Positions 62,279 through 64,000 of a DNA stretch of 64,000 bases are shown here, in pieces. Source of the stretch: Trypanosoma brucei (lineage: Eukaryota). Below the pieces are notes generated by a model, which was not told where the DNA came from, searched no databases, and worked only from the letters and a program-made list of their open reading frames with translations. The number at the start of each line of letters is the position of its first letter. Position 1 is the stretch's first letter. The position numbers and the translations under genes are program-made. The stretch is taken from the NCBI GenBank assembly GCA_000002445.1, contig CM000207.1, positions 992,001-1,056,000 on the forward strand. The letters are read 5' to 3'.

Positions 62279-63295
62279 ATGCTGGCTGATGGATTTCGCT
62301 TCGCGTTTTCCGGTGACGTGGAGGAATCAATTCAGACCACGTCGGCAACACACACCCTTCCTTCTCAAGGGGTGTCAAAATCCGAGAAACGGATACCTCT
62401 GTTAGAGGCGCCAGTGCACAACCTTACCCGACGGTTGCTCGACGAGTGGTGTGAACCCTGCCGTCAGGACGCGCAGGAGCTGGTGGAGTTGCACTGCAGT
62501 GAGTCAACCACTGCCCCACAACTTACACACCAGCGCCCACCACGTGCAACGGAGTTGACGTCATTCGACGGGAAAGAACATCGGGATATCATCCCCGGCA
62601 AATACTACGGAGGGCTGAAAATTTGGTCCTGTGCACCCTATCTTGTGGAGTATATGTTCAACAACAGAAGCACATTCAAAGATTTCCTTCTTGGTGCCGC
62701 AGAACCGCTGGATTCCGAACGTGTGCCGAACGCTGGCGGCGGCTGTCGCCATACAATAGTTGTAGAGCTTGGTTGTGGTCAAGGTCTGCCGGGCATCGCA
62801 GCCCTTTTACTTGGTGCACACCACGTGATTTTTCAGGATTACAATGAGGAGGTGCTGCAGCTCTGCGTGAAGCCTAATGTGGGAATGAATTTGCTGCGCC
62901 ATATCGACACAGCAGGCGTATGTCGCGCTTGCGAATCTTGCTCTCCTGTCGTCCAGTTGGTGGCAGGTGACTGGGACGATATGTGTTGGCGGGACCATAC
63001 TACCGGTGAAGGCGTGGTTGTTACCGACGATCGCCGGATACTTGTCCTTGGAAGTGATGTGACCTTTGATGAGGAGGCGTGCTACAAACTCGCGCGGCTT
63101 CTGCGACGCATGTTGTCCACATCGGGTGGGGCTGCGTACATTGCGAGCAAACAGTATTACTTCGGAACTAACGGCGGCGTTGTCGAATTCAAGCGGTGTT
63201 GCGCCGAGGTTGAGCTGCAAGTGTTGGAAGTGGACTCAGCGGGAACAGGAGGGGGATTGCAGCGTGTCATTTTACGAGTCGAATGCAAAAGGTAA
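62279..63295 (+). CDS. Protein-histidine N-methyltransferase, METTL18/Hpm1 homologue (class I SAM MTase, Methyltransf_16).
   Basis: [14 protein letters not shown] vs human METTL18 [43 protein letters not shown] vs [37 protein letters not shown] vs YFGVGGGV. N-terminal FxFxF-like [12 protein letters not shown]. CDS trimmed from the GTG at 62153 to the first ATG. Confidence 0.8.
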   Translation: [338 protein letters not shown]

Positions 63296-64000
63296 GCCAG
63301 AAAGAAGCGGCAATGGAGGAATAAGAGAATCTGGCACTGCACGCCTCAAGAGACTTAATAAATCTCTGCGCCAGCGGAAAACCTCGTGTAAAGCTTCGTT
63401 CCAGTTGAAAGTGGTTGTGTATACGCGTTAAGGGACAACTACTCGTCCTTTATGGCACGAGCCACTGGACGAGGAGTGATGGAGTTGTGTGGCCGTTTCG
63501 GCTTGTGGGAAAGGGGTGGTGAGCCGCGGCCATACCGAACGCCAGCAACCTTACATGGAGGAAAGGATTAGCCGTCGTACGGATAAAGTACGAAAAAGCA
63601 AAAGAACCCTCGGATACCGTGCATGGCGAAACGGAGCTGTAGAAAGTTTGTTCCGACCATCGGCACTTTTTCCTGTTTCCTAGCCAAAACCTTACACACC
63701 TTTGTGGTAATGTCACGAATGTGTCGTGACAGTATCTTTCACCTTTGCGTTACCTTTTACCATCACATCCTGAAATCGGCAAGATCAATCCCATCCTTTT
63801 AAGGGTTGTATTCATCGTCCTTCGGCAGAGCGTTCTCTACGGGTGTCCAGAAGGCCTCGAGTGCCTTAGACAAAGGGCTTGACCTGTCATTTTTTGCCGC
63901 CGGTTAAGCACGGACGACGTATAAAAAAAGTGGGTGCAATACAAATTCACATCTATAATGTGGGGTACACACTTCACGAAGGCGGCGCATCACCGGTGCC

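Overview
The window reads as a kinetoplastid nuclear chromosome segment, most like Trypanosoma brucei or a close relative. Supporting this: there are no introns, the long ORFs are densely packed and all on the + strand (one polycistronic transcription unit), intergenic spacers are rich in polypyrimidine and homopolymer tracts, and microsatellites such as (TA)n, (CT)n and (GT)n are abundant. The ORF track uses non-ATG starts (GTG/TTG), so I trimmed each CDS to its first in-frame ATG.

Content, left to right:
- Positions 1-6100: a tandem array of three near-identical 12-TM MFS-type transporter genes, with mosaic sequence patches and two alternating spacer types.
- Several hypothetical proteins.
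- A 973-aa single ORF that fuses an N-terminal class-I SAM lysine methyltransferase (Nnt1/Efm7/Methyltransf_16-like) to a full Rab escort protein (REP/GDI family).
- A small PIG-P-like membrane protein.
- A 1520-aa coiled-coil protein.
- An AAK1/NAK-family pseudokinase (HRD replaced by HRN, DFG replaced by NFR) whose tail carries DLF/DPF adaptor-binding motifs and four 75-bp coding repeats.
- A 4.9-kb gene-free low-complexity region.
- A CHCH (twin Cx9C-like) protein.
- An AlaX/AARSD1 alanyl-tRNA trans-editing protein.
- An F-box-like protein.
- A giant 2550-aa ORF.
- A KMO/UbiH-type FAD monooxygenase.
- A METTL18/Hpm1-type histidine protein methyltransferase.

I found no rRNA, no convincing tRNA, and no CRISPR array or mobile element. 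All functional calls come from motif-level recognition by eye; I ran no database search.
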